A stretch of 64,000 nt of DNA from Octopus sinensis (GCF_006345805.1 NC_043016.1:20894001-20958000), one strand, 5' to 3'; shown: positions 36,493-50,776, numbered from the stretch's first letter. Notes: a model not told the origin generated them from the sequence alone. Numbers and translations are program-made.

Positions 36493-37374
36493 AACCCATG
36501 CTAGCATGGAAAATGGACGTTAAATGATGATAATACATATAAATATATATATGAAGTATATCATGAAATGCAGCACAGTAAAAATTTTTACACACAATTA
36601 AGCTTAAAAGAGTTATTGCAGAGTAGGCAATAGACTCCAATATTTTGCTAAAGAAAAATTCGAGAGCATCTGTTTTAGAAAACAGGATTTAAACAGCTAT
36701 ATACTCTTGCCTCAGTAGAACCTCAAATAGCATGGTGTCAAACAATATCAGAGATCAATAGGTAATTGTCGACAGCAACCTCAACTTGGAGAACTGTTAC
36801 TTCTGGTGTCTCACAATACCAAACAAAATAACATGAAAATAAAGACACTTTGGCGGTAAATGGTAAAACAAGAGCTTGATTACAAGGACTGGCTCAAAAT
36901 TCTAAAGGTCTATTCTCTCCAATGCTATTATGTGTGCTACATAATGTACACAAAATAGAAAAATATAACATCAGTGTCGCTAGTATTATGTTTAAAAATC
37001 ACTCAGAGTAGAATCTACATCATGTATTTCTTACAAAAAGCACAGTACATAACCACATTGATGTGATTTGATTTTTCCTGAACTAGCTGGAATCAACTCA
37101 ATATCATTAAGAAACAAATCAATGAAGAAAAGGACTCCATAGAAATAAAACAACACATGAACAAATTCCTCTAAGAAATACCAGACAGCTAAAATCACCT
37201 GGATATGTTTCAACCAAATGAGAATTGGCTATGGTTTCTCAAAATATTACTTGAAAAACTTCAAACTGGAACCAATAATGGCCCAAACCTATGCTAATTA
37301 ATGTGTGTGTGTGTGTGTGTGTAAAATACTGGTAGGACTGGGAATAGTAGAAAACAGTGTCTAATCATACTTAC

Positions 37375-37442
37375 TTTTGGCGCAACACAGCACATTCGTG
37401 CTTTGATTCCTTTAATTCCCGTTCCGCACAGCGGGTGGCCAG
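37375..37442 (-). CDS. TANGO1: TANGO1 exon (end of CC2): LATRCAERELKESKHECAVLRQ(K)
   Basis: tttattttggcag|CTG...CAA AA|gtaagt; 68 nt, phase 0-2; cf. [23 protein letters not shown] (recalled). Confidence 0.93.
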
Positions 37443-37500
37443 CTGCCAAAATAAAAATAGAATAAATTAGTGATAATTGTTAACTTATAAATAATATATG

Positions 37501-37619
37501 GCTTACAGCCATATCATGTTGAAAGCACTAGTTCTCATCCAATCACTGAAGTTAAGCAACATCGAGCCTAGTTGGTACTTAGATGGGTGACTACTTGGGA
37601 AACCTAGGTGCTGTAAGCG
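37501..37619 (+). pseudogene. 5S rRNA pseudogene (full length, 119 nt, CpG-decayed)
   Basis: gcttacagccatatcatgttgaaagcactagttctcatccaatcactgaagttaagcaacatcgagcctagttggtacttagatgggtgactacttgggaaacctaggtgctgtaagc is colinear with metazoan 5S; most CpGs mutated; no T-run terminator. Confidence 0.9.
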
Positions 37620-38249
37620 TCACACATCATAGGCGCAGAAGTGGCTGTGTCTGTGTGGTAAGTAGCTTGCTTACCAACCACATGGTTCCAAGTTCAGTCC
37701 CACTGCATGGCATCTTGGGCAAGTGTCCTTCAACTATAGCCTCGGGCCGACCAAAGCCTTGTGAGTGGATTTGGTAGAAGGAAACTGAAAAGAAGCCCAT
37801 CATATATATGTATATGTGTGTGTTTGTCCCCCCCCCACATCACTTGACAACTGATGCTGGTGTGTTTATGTCCCCGTAACTTAGCGGTTCGGCAAAAGAG
37901 ACTGATAGTATAAGTACTAGGTTTACAAAGAATAAGTCCTGAGATCGATTTGCTCGACTAAAGGCAATGCTCCAGCATGGCCACAGTCAAATGACTGAAA
38001 CAAGTAAAAAAAAAAAAGATTATTATGATCATATGTAAAGTAAACAAAATGTGCATGGTTATATATATATATATATGAAATGTGTTGTATGTGTGTATAC
38101 ACACAGACATGCATCCTTAGCTTTTTTGCTTTTTTACTTAGTATCTGCTGTGGTCATAATCAACTTAAAATCTTCAAACAGCTTATTGAGTGGTGTTCGT
38201 CTTAGAGTCCTTAACTACTATGTTGTAGAGGCATATATTGTTTTTCTTC

Positions 38250-39000
38250 AGAGGAGAATGATCAGAGAAAAGAAAACGGCTCACAGTGCAGAACAAAATT
38301 AAGGAGGACATGGCCTCATGATTGAAAAGACAGTGTAGAGCAAAGGAAGGCCTTAACCATGATAGCTTTCGAATGTTTTATAGTGTCATCAAAAATTTTC
38401 AACTGAAACATAAAAAAACATCAACAACGAGGAGAGCCAAATTCCAATCTGAAGGATGTCCCAAAGATGTGGAAGTATGAAGAGAAACTTTACCAGAATA
38501 TCTAGGAATATCCATCCAAATGGTGACAATAAGAGTGACTGTAACATGTTGGACTGCATGCTAGTCAGAAATCCCGGAAGCTGAAGTGATGGAAGCAATT
38601 CAGTACTTGCTTGACCACAAAGCAGTAGGTGTTGATAACCTTCCTGCAGAGTCACTGAAAGCAAAAGATGACATAATGATGAAGGTTCTTACCAAGCTAA
38701 GTACCAAGTGATATTTGTAAGGTAAGTAGTCAATGGCCTAGATGCAGACAGTTTTTGCTACATTGTCCAATGCTGCAAGAACTGCTGGTTGCTTGGAGTA
38801 CCAAATATCATAACTGTCATTACCCAGTAAGATCTTGTTGAGAATTCTGCTGAAGATACAACAACCATCAAAGAACAGTTCATGGAAGTGAACTGCAGTT
38901 TGGCACTCCAAGCAGGTGTTACAGGTAATAAAGAGCAAGGACTCAGCAGTATAAAAGGAATGGTAAGGTACATTTAACCTCACTGACACAGAGAAGATGC
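38250..39000 (+). mobile_element. Decayed RTE-clade LINE fragment
   Basis: RILLKIQ and KAVGVDNLPAE-like remnants. Confidence 0.6.
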
Positions 39001-39044
39001 ATTGAAATGATCATTTGAGCCATTGCAGAAATGAAGAGAATGTG

Positions 39045-39080
<36 letters not shown>

Positions 39081-40860
39081 AAGAGAGAAGAGAGAGACTA
39101 CTCGAAGATGACCCAACAGCTATAAAGATTGGCAGATATATGATGGCTTAAAAATATTTCAATTAGGTTTTCCAACCATTCCACCAATAATGCAGAATAC
39201 TAAAATGAGGCTCTTAGGAGAGCTGGCTATAATGACAAAATTAATTTTAGTCCAGACACTAAGCTCAAGCTGGTCCTCAGAGGCTGCAAAAGTACAGAGA
39301 TCCATATCAGAAAATGTAGCAGGAATTCCCCGAGCACTTGCTTATTTAATATGGGTTGAGTGACCCTGAGAACTCTAACTGATCCCAGTGAAAAAAATGT
39401 GGCACTAACTTGTTCTGGCAGTAATCTGGGCCTTGTGATAATGTTTTTAAAGCTTAATTGTCTGTCATTTCATGACAAATATCATATATATCATTATCCT
39501 TTAACTTCTGTTTTCTATGCTGGCATGGGTTTTATATCTATCTATCTATCTGTCTGTCTATCTATACACACACATATACACATGCTAATGTTGAACAGTG
39601 AAAATGAGTGCTCAACACAGCATTTGTGTATAAACACCTACCCCACTATAGTAGAAAGAGTAGAAGCAGATAGCTGATTTGGTGTGGGCCACCCTCCTCA
39701 ACTGTATGAAAACCAATGTCTCCAGGAACTTTTTCAGATCCTTGAGAAACCCTTACAGTATATCTTCCATAATATTTTTGGCAAATACTCTTCCCTATAC
39801 AAGTTCAGAAAGAACAAACAGGTAAAACTTAAAGTTACAGTCAAAACAAATTTTATAAGAAATTTTGCTCTACTTTTAGTATTGAGTCTCCTTATCAGTA
39901 AATGTTATGGTGTTATTGTTAAAACTGCTTTAAAATAATAACCCTGAATGAAAGCAGTGAAAAAAATTGACAGAAAAGAAGCTCTAAGGTACACAGAGAT
40001 GTGCTTGTTTGTGAACTGAATCACAATAGCAACAGTATTATAACTGACATAATGATAGTGTTTGAATGGTCATCTTTCTCTGTTAGGGTATAGAAGTCTC
40101 CGAAACGTAGAATTTGATAAGGCTTTCAGCTCAGCATAATAACAGTGGCCAGAAAAATTTATCCTGCATTGATCAATAATACTAGACATAGGTGGAATGT
40201 GTCCCTAAATCTTCTTTGGTCCTGTGCTCAAACTGTGAGACATTTTGAGCACTCATGAGAAGCCTGGTACATGTATCATCAAGACAATCTTGAAGCTCCT
40301 TCTTCAGAGTTCAGGTTTCAGCTTCATAAAGAAGAATGCTCTCTAAACATGCTATGCTGAAGGCAACTTTGTTAGATATTTTGAAGTTTGTTATAGGTAT
40401 TCAAGAAGTATTTCTTACTGTCAACATTAAACTGAAAATCTACACAATCTACTGAAAAGCTAATGGGAAAAGAGATTCCTAATGTAAAGACACATACTGG
40501 TTACAAGAAACAGAAAAAGGCAAAAAAGGAAGATGAGGTGAAGCAGTTGGATAGTAATGATTATTATAATAATTATGTAATTAGTATTTGATAATTATGT
40601 GATCATAAACAATAATATTATGATGATAATAATAATAATAATAATAATGGTTTCAAATTCTGACACAAGGCCAGCAATCTTGGGCAGAAGGACTAGGTGA
40701 CTACATCAATGCCAGCACTCAAATGGTACTTGTATTATTGACCATGAAAGATGAAAGGCAACATTGACCTCCACAGAATTTCAACTCAGAATGTAAAGTT
40801 GGAAGAAACGCCCTTGAGCACTGTGTCTGGCATGGTATTGATTCAGCCAGCTTGCCAACA

Positions 40861-40967
<107 letters not shown>

Positions 40968-41520
40968 AATGCCCTGATGCAGTACCAGGCAGTGGCTCTC
41001 ATGGCTTCTGTTCTTAACTGATTGGAAGTGTTATCATGTCCATTCTTTCATTTTGGTATAAAAGATGAGCTACAGCAAATATTCTGCTCAATACCACAGA
41101 TTTGCTCATCAATTGTTTGACCGTAACCAGTTGAGCATGTCCCTTAGTGGCTGACGATATGTGCATCTCTGATCACGAGCAGAAGTAGTGGGGGAGCATC
41201 ATAGCCATGTGTTGAAACAAATTCATAGAGGTTTGGATAATTCACCTTTGGAAACATGAGTGTTTTGCTCAACATCCTTCAACAACCCTTACTAAGGGAT
41301 CTTTTGAGCAGGACAGGCAACTCAACCTGAAGAAAATTCTAGCTGGGCCCCACCTGCAAGGTTATGTGCTGTTTATCTTGATATGAGGTCACCATGTTGT
41401 GCACATATGGTTGTGATGCATATGCCTGGTGCCCACTCATCAGATGAGTGGGCTCTGTACATTTTACCCCAGTGTCACTTTGGTGGCATGAACTGCTCTC
41501 TCACTCAATAATAATAATAA
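40968..41520 (-). mobile_element. Long SINE (family D) with (ATT)n tail
   Basis: Characteristic cccttagtggctgacgatatgtgcatctctgatcacgagcagaagtagtggggg block bounded by AAT/ATT tracts. Confidence 0.65.
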
Positions 41521-41540
41521 TAAAAGTAATAATACATTAC

Positions 41541-41576
41541 CCAATTCTCATGGGCTTTCTTCTCATTTGCTGCAAT
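41541..41576 (-). CDS. TANGO1: TANGO1 exon (CC2 signature): IAANEKKAHENW
   Basis: tttctttctttgcag|ATT...TGG|gtaatg; 36 nt, phase 0-0; near-identical to the TANGO1/cTAGE5 hallmark IATHEKKAHENW. Confidence 0.96.
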
Positions 41577-42056
41577 CTGCAAAGAAAGAAAATAACATAA
41601 TCATAATAATAATAATTATCAACCATAGTACACCAAGTGCAATTTGGCAGATTTTGATCTTAGAACATAGAAGGGACATAAGTAAATACAAGAAAACATT
41701 CCAATTTCTTGTTTCTTCTATGTATCCATATTTTATGTACCATTTTTTTTTTTCGCAATTTATGTTTTATCTATTTGTTGTTGGCATTTATCAATGTTGG
41801 AATACATTTGTATGACTTTGTATTTTTAAGGAAACGAAATTGGTTTAACAATATTATTTCTAATTTATGTCTGAAATGTTACAGAAATTTTGATAAAATT
41901 GAAGCAATCTCAAATCTTTTGTATACATTTTGAAGAGTGGAACAGCATATATAAATATTTATCTGTTATGTGTCTTAATATGTATTAGCACATGTATACA
42001 CACACACATACAGGCATTCATACACACCCACATCTATATATATAATCGAGCTTCAC

Positions 42057-42117
42057 CTGTGCACGAAAATCTCGCTCAGCTTTGAGGATTTCTCGTTTCA
42101 AATCTTCATTTTGTTGT
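42057..42117 (-). CDS. TANGO1: TANGO1 exon (CC2): QQNEDLKREILKAERDFRAQ
   Basis: tttttcattgcag|A CAA...CAG|gtgaag; 61 nt, phase 2-0; cf. ELQKTERSFKNQ (recalled). Confidence 0.92.
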
Positions 42118-43975
42118 CTGCAATGAAAAACAAATATAATTGTAAACTTGTCACATATCTGTAAGTAAATGCATATTTGGGTCTGTATAAAAAAAGATGC
42201 TTAATTAGAGTAATTATTATTATTATTGAATAATAATATTAACATTAGAATCATTAGTATGTCAGGCAAAAATGCTTGGTGGTATTTTGCCCATCTTTCC
42301 ATTCTGAGTTCAAATTCCACTAAGGTTGACTTTGCCTTTCTTCCTTTCAGTATCCATAGAATAAGTACCAGTTGAGTACTGAGGTTGGTCTAATCGATTT
42401 AGGTGACCGGTAATAAAGTCACAATTAATATATGGGATTCAAACAAAATTCTCCTAGGACAAAACAACTCTGACTTTATTACCGTGACTTTTTTGTGTCT
42501 TTTTACCTGGATTCATTAACTTAACCCCTCTGGGAGCAATGTAATCAACTAGCCCGTCTCCCACAAAATTTCAGCCTTTGTACTTATAGCAGAAAGGATT
42601 ATTATCATTATTACTAATAATGAAACATTTTCCGTTTTTCTTCCAATTTTTTTAAAAAACAGAATTTATTTAGCCTGAGCACTTTTCAACATTAGATAAT
42701 CATCCATACCTGGTGGATGTGTAAATACAGCAGATTATTAAAGAAAATATTTTTTTAGTAATCATTTGATCTACATAATGTTAAAACAGATATTAACAAT
42801 CTATGCCAGTAAAGAAACAGACATTAAAGTCTTTGAGTAGAATGATAACGGACTGTACTAAATAGTTTCTCATGACCTAATTTTATTTATATTGATGAAA
42901 AGAAACCTTTTATTTTTGCTTCAATATATTTTCCCCGTTAAGATGTTAATTAGTAATGTAGTTCACAGTGACCTATTTTCTAACGAGTTTTATGTTTTTC
43001 TTCTGGTTGTGTGCAGTCGAGACATGCTTAGTTATGCACTGAGTGTTCTGTTGATTTGTATTCGACGTATTTACAACCACATTGACAAGTTGTCCAAATC
43101 ATTGGAAACAGCTGAAATAATTACTTTGTTTCAAAGGAAACCCGTCTAGATTGATACTTCGCTGTTTCCGTTTTGCTCCCACTAGACCTAATTTTATTTA
43201 GATTGATGAAAAGAAACCTTTTAACCTTCTTTTTGCATTAATATATTTTTTTCAGTTAAGATATTAGTAATGTAGTTCATAATGACCTATTTTATAGAGT
43301 GTATATATACATACATGCGTATATATAGTTATCATCAGCATCATACGATTACATTATCATAGAAAACATGCTAAATGATAATGATGACAATACATATATA
43401 TTAAACAAAGTATTGCAGATCCATTATAACCAGATGATCTGGGATCCGGACAAAAGTTTCATGGTTATATTTTTCGGTTATTTTTCAGTTTTTAGAATTT
43501 CCAGTTGAATGTATCGACCCCAGAAATTTTTTTACCTGTTGCAGTTATTATACTGCGGCCGGCCATGCTTGCACACCACCTTGAAGAATTTTTAGATGGC
43601 TGTATGGAACCCAGAATTTTTTCTTAAGCCTGATCAAAACCACTTCTGTGATATAATTCGTATTTTGTTTTTCTTTTTAATTGTTGCAGTCATTGGACTG
43701 CGGCCATGCTGGGGCACCACCTTGAGGAATTTAGTTGATTGTATCGATCACAGAATTTTTTTAATACTGCTAGCATATATATATGTACAATTCATAATCA
43801 TGCAGTAATATATAAACTCTGTATGTATAAAAGAGGGCACTCGAGTTCTAATAACATTAACAATGAAACTATTAATCATATAATAAATATGTAAAATTGA
43901 TATAAAAAAGTAAAAAAAAAAGAAGAAAAATATGAGAGTTGACCTCTCAACAAGCATGTCACATGGTTCACTTAC

Positions 43976-44077
43976 ATGTAATTACTTAGTTCATCTTCAA
44001 TTGTCTTGACTCGTTCCTCAGCACTTCCTAATTTGGTAATGTTCTGGTTTTTGAGGACTTCCTGTTCACCCAAAGCT
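43976..44077 (-). CDS. TANGO1: TANGO1 exon (CC2): ALGEQEVLKNQNITKLGSAEERVKTIEDELSNY(I)
   Basis: tatattccag|A GCT...TAC AT|gtaagt; 102 nt, phase 2-2; aligns by eye with TANGO1 KLSQEE...LSAADEK...EEVKTY (recalled). Confidence 0.9.
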
Positions 44078-45099
44078 CTGGAATATATATATATATATAC
44101 ATAGAGAGAGAGAGAGATAGATATTTCTTTATACAGAATATATTGTTATAAATTGAGTGAGTTTTATCCATTTGTCTGTACATATCAAATTATGAATATA
44201 AATCAAGCACAATTTCTGCTCTATACCATTAAGGACAATTTGTGATATACTTTTATTTACCTTACATTTTTATGTATTACCAATGTTGCTGCATGACTGA
44301 ATGTTGTTTGGTGTTTATGTGACTACATATATCTCTAGACATATATATGCAGATACCTGTGTACTTCAGGTCCAGTCCCACGACATTACACTGTGGGTAA
44401 ATGCACTCTAATATAGCCCAGGATCAACTAAGCCAAGTGAGAGAATTCAGTAATTTGGTAGGTAGAAACTGTATGTATATCATCACTATCATCGTCATTT
44501 AAGAAACGTGTTCCATGCTGGCATGGGTTGGATGGTTTACAGAATCTATGTTCAAGAACTGCATCAATCAAATATGTCTGCTTTGGCATGGTTGCTATGA
44601 CTGGATGCCCTTCCTTATGCCAACCAATCAACAGCATGGGCTAGGTGCTTTTTTCATGCCACCTGCACTACTGAGGTTACTGTGCAGCTCGGGGGGGGGG
44701 GGGGGTTCAGGGCCTGCTTCATGCTAGTGGACAAGATAGTGAACTAAGGGAGGGTGGGGCAGAGCAATTTCTCACATCCAGTATTAGAAGGGGAGAAACA
44801 GAGAAAATGAACAGTAGGAGCTGCAAGAGATAATGGAGATGAGGTTCCTAGATGGCCCCACAAAACACAAGGTGAGTTAGAAAATCAGTTTGAAAAATTG
44901 TAAGGAAAGTGAATGAGGGGACAGGGTATAGACTGCCAGAATGGGTAGAGTGTATGTATGTGTGTGTATATATATATATTTATATATGTACCTAAGAAGT
45001 GGTGACAAATAAGATTCCACAAGGTATCAACATTCTTTGCATGGGGTTAGAAGGTTCAGGCTGTGTGGTGTACAAAGAGGTCTTTGCTTCTATATATAG

Positions 45100-45292
45100 A
45101 GTCGGCGTGATAGATCGTTAGCCACTACACACATTTTTTTCTCTCGTTGTTTTTTTTCTGTGTCCCTTTCTGTAGAAGAGCGTAGGCTCGAAACATAAAA
45201 AACTTTTTCTATTCCTGAGCGCTATACTAATACATCTGTTTGTTTTGTACACCACCTGTCTTCGTCTTTTGTTTTTTTCATAAACTCTCCCT
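45100..45292 (+). mobile_element. Penelope-like solo pLTR
   Basis: Homologous to 520-690; cttt-CTGTAGAA-GAGC-gtag-GCTC-GAAA-cata at 45166-45197. Confidence 0.65.
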
Positions 45293-45799
45293 ATATATAT
45301 ATATTTATATATATATATATATCCCTATATATATATATATATAATATATATATATATATATACATATATACATATATATATATATGTGTGTGTGTGTATG
45401 TATGTATTTATATATGAAATGTTTACGAAACTAGTGCACTGCTTTTAATTCATTTGAAGTTATTCTTACATATGCATTATCGTGGTATATCAGCAAATGG
45501 TTTTTACACCATTGTATATAGTCATAGACTGATGGATTCAATTTACCTCTGATTTGGTTCAGGTATGTTTTGTTGATAAACCATAAAAATGGTGAAAAAT
45601 AGATGTCCATCACTCCTCAATGGGATTAGGGGTGTGTTTTCTTGCCTGGCCATGACTTTCAGGTGTTTTAGCACCTAGTGCTTTGAGGGAGTCATCCAAC
45701 TGCACTAAACTGCAGCTTACCAGCAAACAAGCAAAGCACATACACTGAGTATGTGTAACACTAGCACTGCTTTTAATTCGTGTGTATTTATCTTCCATG

Positions 45800-46660
45800 A
45801 TGGTATGAGTTAGATAGGAGAGTTGATTAGTAAGTTTGTGAGAGTGTGAAAGGAGTGTGATATACAGCTAAAGATGAGTGTGGAGGTAAATGCAGTGAAT
45901 GCATGGTGAATGGTGAGTATCAGTTTGGAGGAATCATGGATAAAGGAAATGTGTTTAAACATGCATTTTCTCCTTTTCTTTTCCACGCACAAATATTACA
46001 ATATTGAATAAATTGCCTCTTATATATCTTTGATAAGCTAAGAAATATGCTGATATAAGCCAGTAATTTTTGCAATCTAAGGAATGTGAGGCAGATATAC
46101 ATCATAAACAGGCCACCTAGTCTCTTGTGTTGTGATTCATAACTATAATGGCATTAGCTGACACAATGTCACTATTGCCAAGCTTCTCAAGGAAAATGCA
46201 TCATTGACAGCTGACTGAGAAGTGGGAGTCTGGAGTAGATTTCTCAGGATGCCATATCGTTGATTATCTTCGTGATGTCTGAGGTATCAACTTTTTGGAG
46301 AAAGGACATGTAGCATGTTTCCAGTGATTGGAATAGACACTTGGAGAAACAAATGGAAGAGTTTGACAAGAGCAGCAGCTAATTCTGGAGAATATTGTTT
46401 GACGGTGACAGGTGAGGCTGATGATATGGAGAAGTAGAGTACATTCAATGTAGAGTAAAATGAAAAGTGAGAGAAAATGTTAAGTCTTTTCTGAGGAGTG
46501 CTGTTGACAAAGATTTTGTACCTAAGAAGTGGTGACAAATAAGATTCCACAAGGCAGGTATCAACATTCTTTGCATGGGATTAGAAGGTTATATTACCAC
46601 TTAGGAATAAGGAAAGCTTGTAGGCAGTGTGGTGTACAAAGAGGTCTTTGCTTCTATTTG
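45800..46660 (-). mobile_element. Decayed CR1/I-like LINE RT fragment
   Basis: SPVTVKQYSPELAAALVKLFHLFL...HWKHA; a ~100-bp deleted duplicate at 44989-45093. Confidence 0.65.
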
Positions 46661-47385
46661 TAGTATTGGAAGAAAGAGTAGCCTGTAAAAGCTTCTCAGT
46701 TAATAATGGTCAGTGACTTCTAGGAATTGCAGGCATGTTGGCATTTTTTTCTTTTGCTTATATAACTATAGCATAGCTGCATGTAAACCATTTGCAGAAG
46801 AGAATTATAAGGAATGTAAAAGGATATATTTAAGAAGATGGTTTCATTTCAGATTAAGTCCAGTTAAATGGCTGAGGATTTGTAGATGCAATATGTTGAG
46901 CAGTAGAAGACTACATGGTTTGTTGCATTCATTATGCAGAGATCAGCAAAGATGTATGAGTTTTGATTTGAGAAAAAGTTTGTGGATATTTAGTGTGTGG
47001 TATGTCTTCAGAGATATGTGAGGTGGCTACCTTCAATACAAGAAGTGAGATAGTTGATGGTGATTGTAGAATATATGTAGAGAGGTATCCAACTAAAGTG
47101 ATTGGAAGTTATTGAAATCTAGGTGACAAAAATGACAAGTGGAAAGAATCAATTCAACACAGACTTTTAGAGCAAAGTTCGAATAAAACCTGTAGCCTGG
47201 ATTTTATAGTGATTATAGAGCCTGTAGTCAGGATTTTATAAATGTATTACTGATATAGGGTAAGAGGCCTGTATATCAAAGAAGACAATGTGTGGTTGTC
47301 ATCATACAAGAATGTGTTGGGTATAGTTCAGATTGAAATGAAGTCTACAAATGCTTACAAATCAGTACACACACCACAAACCCAC

Positions 47386-47512
47386 CTTTGAAATTGAAGC
47401 TCTTTTTCTTTCAGATATGAAGTCAATACTGTGAGTTCATGGTTCTGACGAACAACTTTTGCCTTGTCTGCTTGCATGGTTTCAATGTCACGCTCTAACG
47501 TTGCAATTTTAT
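47386..47512 (-). CDS. TANGO1: TANGO1 exon (CC2): (D)KIATLERDIETMQADKAKVVRQNHELTVLTSYLKEKELQFQ(R)
   Basis: tttgcattttag|AT AAA...CAA AG|gtgggt; 127 nt, phase 1-2. Confidence 0.9.
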
Positions 47513-47699
47513 CTAAAATGCAAAAACAAAATGTGTGAATATTATGTGTGTAAAAGTGAAATTCAAGTTACAAGACAAAGATACAGTTTTGGTTTTAATG
47601 AAAATATATGTAAATTGAAGAAAACAGACAAAAAAAAAAAAGAAAAAGACAACACAGGAGGGATAAGTTTTAACAAATATTGTATTAAAGAAGAAAAGG

Positions 47700-48120
47700 A
47701 CTCTTAACATTTTAGATGCTAGATCTTCATCAGAAGGAAAGTATAGAGAAAAAATAATAGAAGAGTGTAAAAGAGGAAAAGTGGATGAGAAGAGTGGGGG
47801 AAGGCAGGCCTGGGGATAAAGGTCAGAAGGGAATGCAGTTCTATGGTTCTTTGGGAAGGAAGGAAAGAAGAGAGGAAAAGTATGTATGTGCATGCATATA
47901 CAGTTAATTTGTTTGTGTTTTGAGATGGGCATAGAGTGGGTGAGTACTGTGCATGAGGTTTTGTCGTGTGTGTGTGAGAGGTATACATGTGAAGGGGCAT
48001 GCAAATATAGAAGTACAGTGGCATGGGTTAGTGGAAGTGTGGGATGTGTATGTGTCTAGTCATTAATTGTATATGAGCAAAGCATGGAAATAGAGGTGAG
48101 AGTGGGAATGAATGTGAAGT
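47700..48120 (-). mobile_element. Penelope-like 3' fragment
   Basis: Minus strand C/A-rich spacer then cctt-CTGATGA-A-GAT ctagc ATC-taaaa-tGTT-aag (degenerate hammerhead). Confidence 0.55.
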
Positions 48121-48569
48121 AAAAAAGGTGAGAAGAATGAGGAGATATATTCTTTTACTTGTTTCAGTTGTTAGACTGTGGGTCATGCTGGGGCACACTG
48201 CCTTGAAACAAATCAATCCCAATATTTCTTTCTATTTTTTAAGTTCTTATTGTATCAGTCTCTTTTGTTGAACTGCTAAGTTATAGAGATGTAAATACAC
48301 CAACTGGTTGTCAAGTGGTAGTTGGGGACAAACACAGGCACAAAGAGATACACATACACACATGTGCGTTCTACAGGCTTCTTTCAGTTTCCTCCTACTA
48401 AATCCATTCACAAGGCTTTGGTTGGCCCAAGGCTGTAGCAGAAGACACTTGCCCAAGATAACTTACAATGAGACTGAACCTGGAACAATGTGGATAAGAA
48501 TATGTTGCTTAATGTCAGATGAATGAGAAGGGAATGCTTAATTCATACTCTATGTTAATTTTTTAATCA

Positions 48570-49450
48570 AAGACTGAGACTTTGAAACACAAGACAAACT
48601 TTGTAGTGATTCCTGTTGGGATGGAAGCTTTCCATGTCTTCATATCCTTAATTGCTTTATTTACGTAGCTACTGTCAATTCAAATAGCAGCCCCTCTGTT
48701 GGGTCTAGATTAGGTAGGCTCTCCTTTTCCCAAGCATGCTCTACATTTAGCAGCCTTTCATAATGGCACTTCCAAGCCTCTTTCTTTGTAGAATCTCTAA
48801 ATGCAAGTGAGCCATCATCCATGTGAATGCACTTATCTCCTACAACAAATTGATTTTCACACACTGTCTTACAGTCTGAAACACCTCAAGCCTCTGATCC
48901 TCATGCTGCAGAACATTGGCAAAGCCCTTCCTTTCTGCTTCTCCCCTGGCTAAGTATACCTGCCTTCTAGCTATCTGATATAGCTCTCTGCTACCACCAT
49001 CCTTCCAGTCTTGTTTCTTCAGTCTAGTGGCCCTGTTTAGACACTGTCCCAACCACCTAGGTCTGGATGGGACTTTGCACTAGCCACAGATTTGGTCTGC
49101 GATACTCAGTAAGTTGTCCCATAGGAATTTCCCGTTGTCCTCAAGGTTACACATCAGTAATTACTCCTCCTCCTTGTTAAATGCTTCAATTAGGACCTCT
49201 CTAAATCTCTGACTATTCAAAGGATCCTTAAGACTCCAAATCCTTCTTTTCCATACTAGTCTGCTTTTCCCCTGATGTCTGAAGTCGCTAATGACTAACC
49301 TATGGTGAGGGGTATATTCTTCACCAGGGATGGTCTTTACATTTATGAGCAACCATGTATCTCTCTTTCTGGTGAGAATGTAGTCAATCTGGCTAGAATG
49401 GCCACCACATTAATAGGTTACCTGGTAACTGGCTGGCTTCCTTAAGTTGA
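48570..49450 (-). mobile_element. Decayed RTE LINE (endonuclease end to RT linker)
   Basis: NVKTIPGEE...HHRLVISDF, VWKRRIWSLKD, EAWKCHYERLLNVE. Confidence 0.85.
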
Positions 49451-49531
49451 CTTGGCTATGCATGTTGAAAAGTGAGGAGCAGATAAGTTATTTTGATTCT
49501 TGCTTCTTCACTTTTTTTGCATCATTCTTCC

Positions 49532-49997
<466 letters not shown>

Positions 49998-50776
49998 CAA
50001 ATGAAGAGCCCAACATATATCTGAGGTCAATTATTCATGCATCACAAGTATGGAAGCAATTGGTGAAGTTATTTTTACGTGAAAAGCAAATACACACACA
50101 TCTCTATTTTATATAATAGATATAAGATATATTAGATATATATATATTACATACACACATATATATATATACATATATATAATGTTGGTTTTTATGTTCA
50201 GTTATTAGAAAAACAATTTTACATTAATCTGATGGGTTATTCCATACTTTTGTAGAGCACAATTTTATTATTCTTAAACAAGAATATTATTGACAGTGAC
50301 TTCAAAGTTTCGGCCAGTTAAGCCGTTGTTGGACTGTGATGCATATAAAGCTAACCTTGGCTTTATATAGTCCCTGTTGAATTAAAATATTTCTTGGGTG
50401 TGTAGATTTAAATAGAGACATAATTAGGTTGTAGGTTGTGTTGATATGGAGAGACATTTTGGAGAAATTCTTATAAATAAAATTCAGGGTTGTGTTATTG
50501 CTTAGAATTTATTCATGCATGAACTTTGTAAGCAGTTGTGTCAGCTTCAAGTCATGAGATTGTTTTTAAGTGATTCACAAAAAGCTATACATAAGTGGAG
50601 GATGAACCAGTTGTTTTAGTTATTTTTGATTTTATTAGATTTAATTCTTTGCTTTGACAATGTAAAGTTCAAAGGTTCAAAGTTCAGTCTTTCTCTGGAT
50701 AATATACCAGAGTAGAGCAAGGAATTGAAATGAGCTCAAGTCAAGTGAATATGCTACACAAAAATATGACACTCAC

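Noticed and set aside
37501-37619. Functional 5S rRNA gene
   Set aside because: Single dispersed copy with many CpG>TpG/CpA changes that break stems, and no oligo-T terminator.
47400-47436. Plus-strand ttttctttcag|...|gtgagt microexon-like signal
   Set aside because: It is the antisense of a real TANGO1 coding exon (KEKE codons create the T-rich tract).
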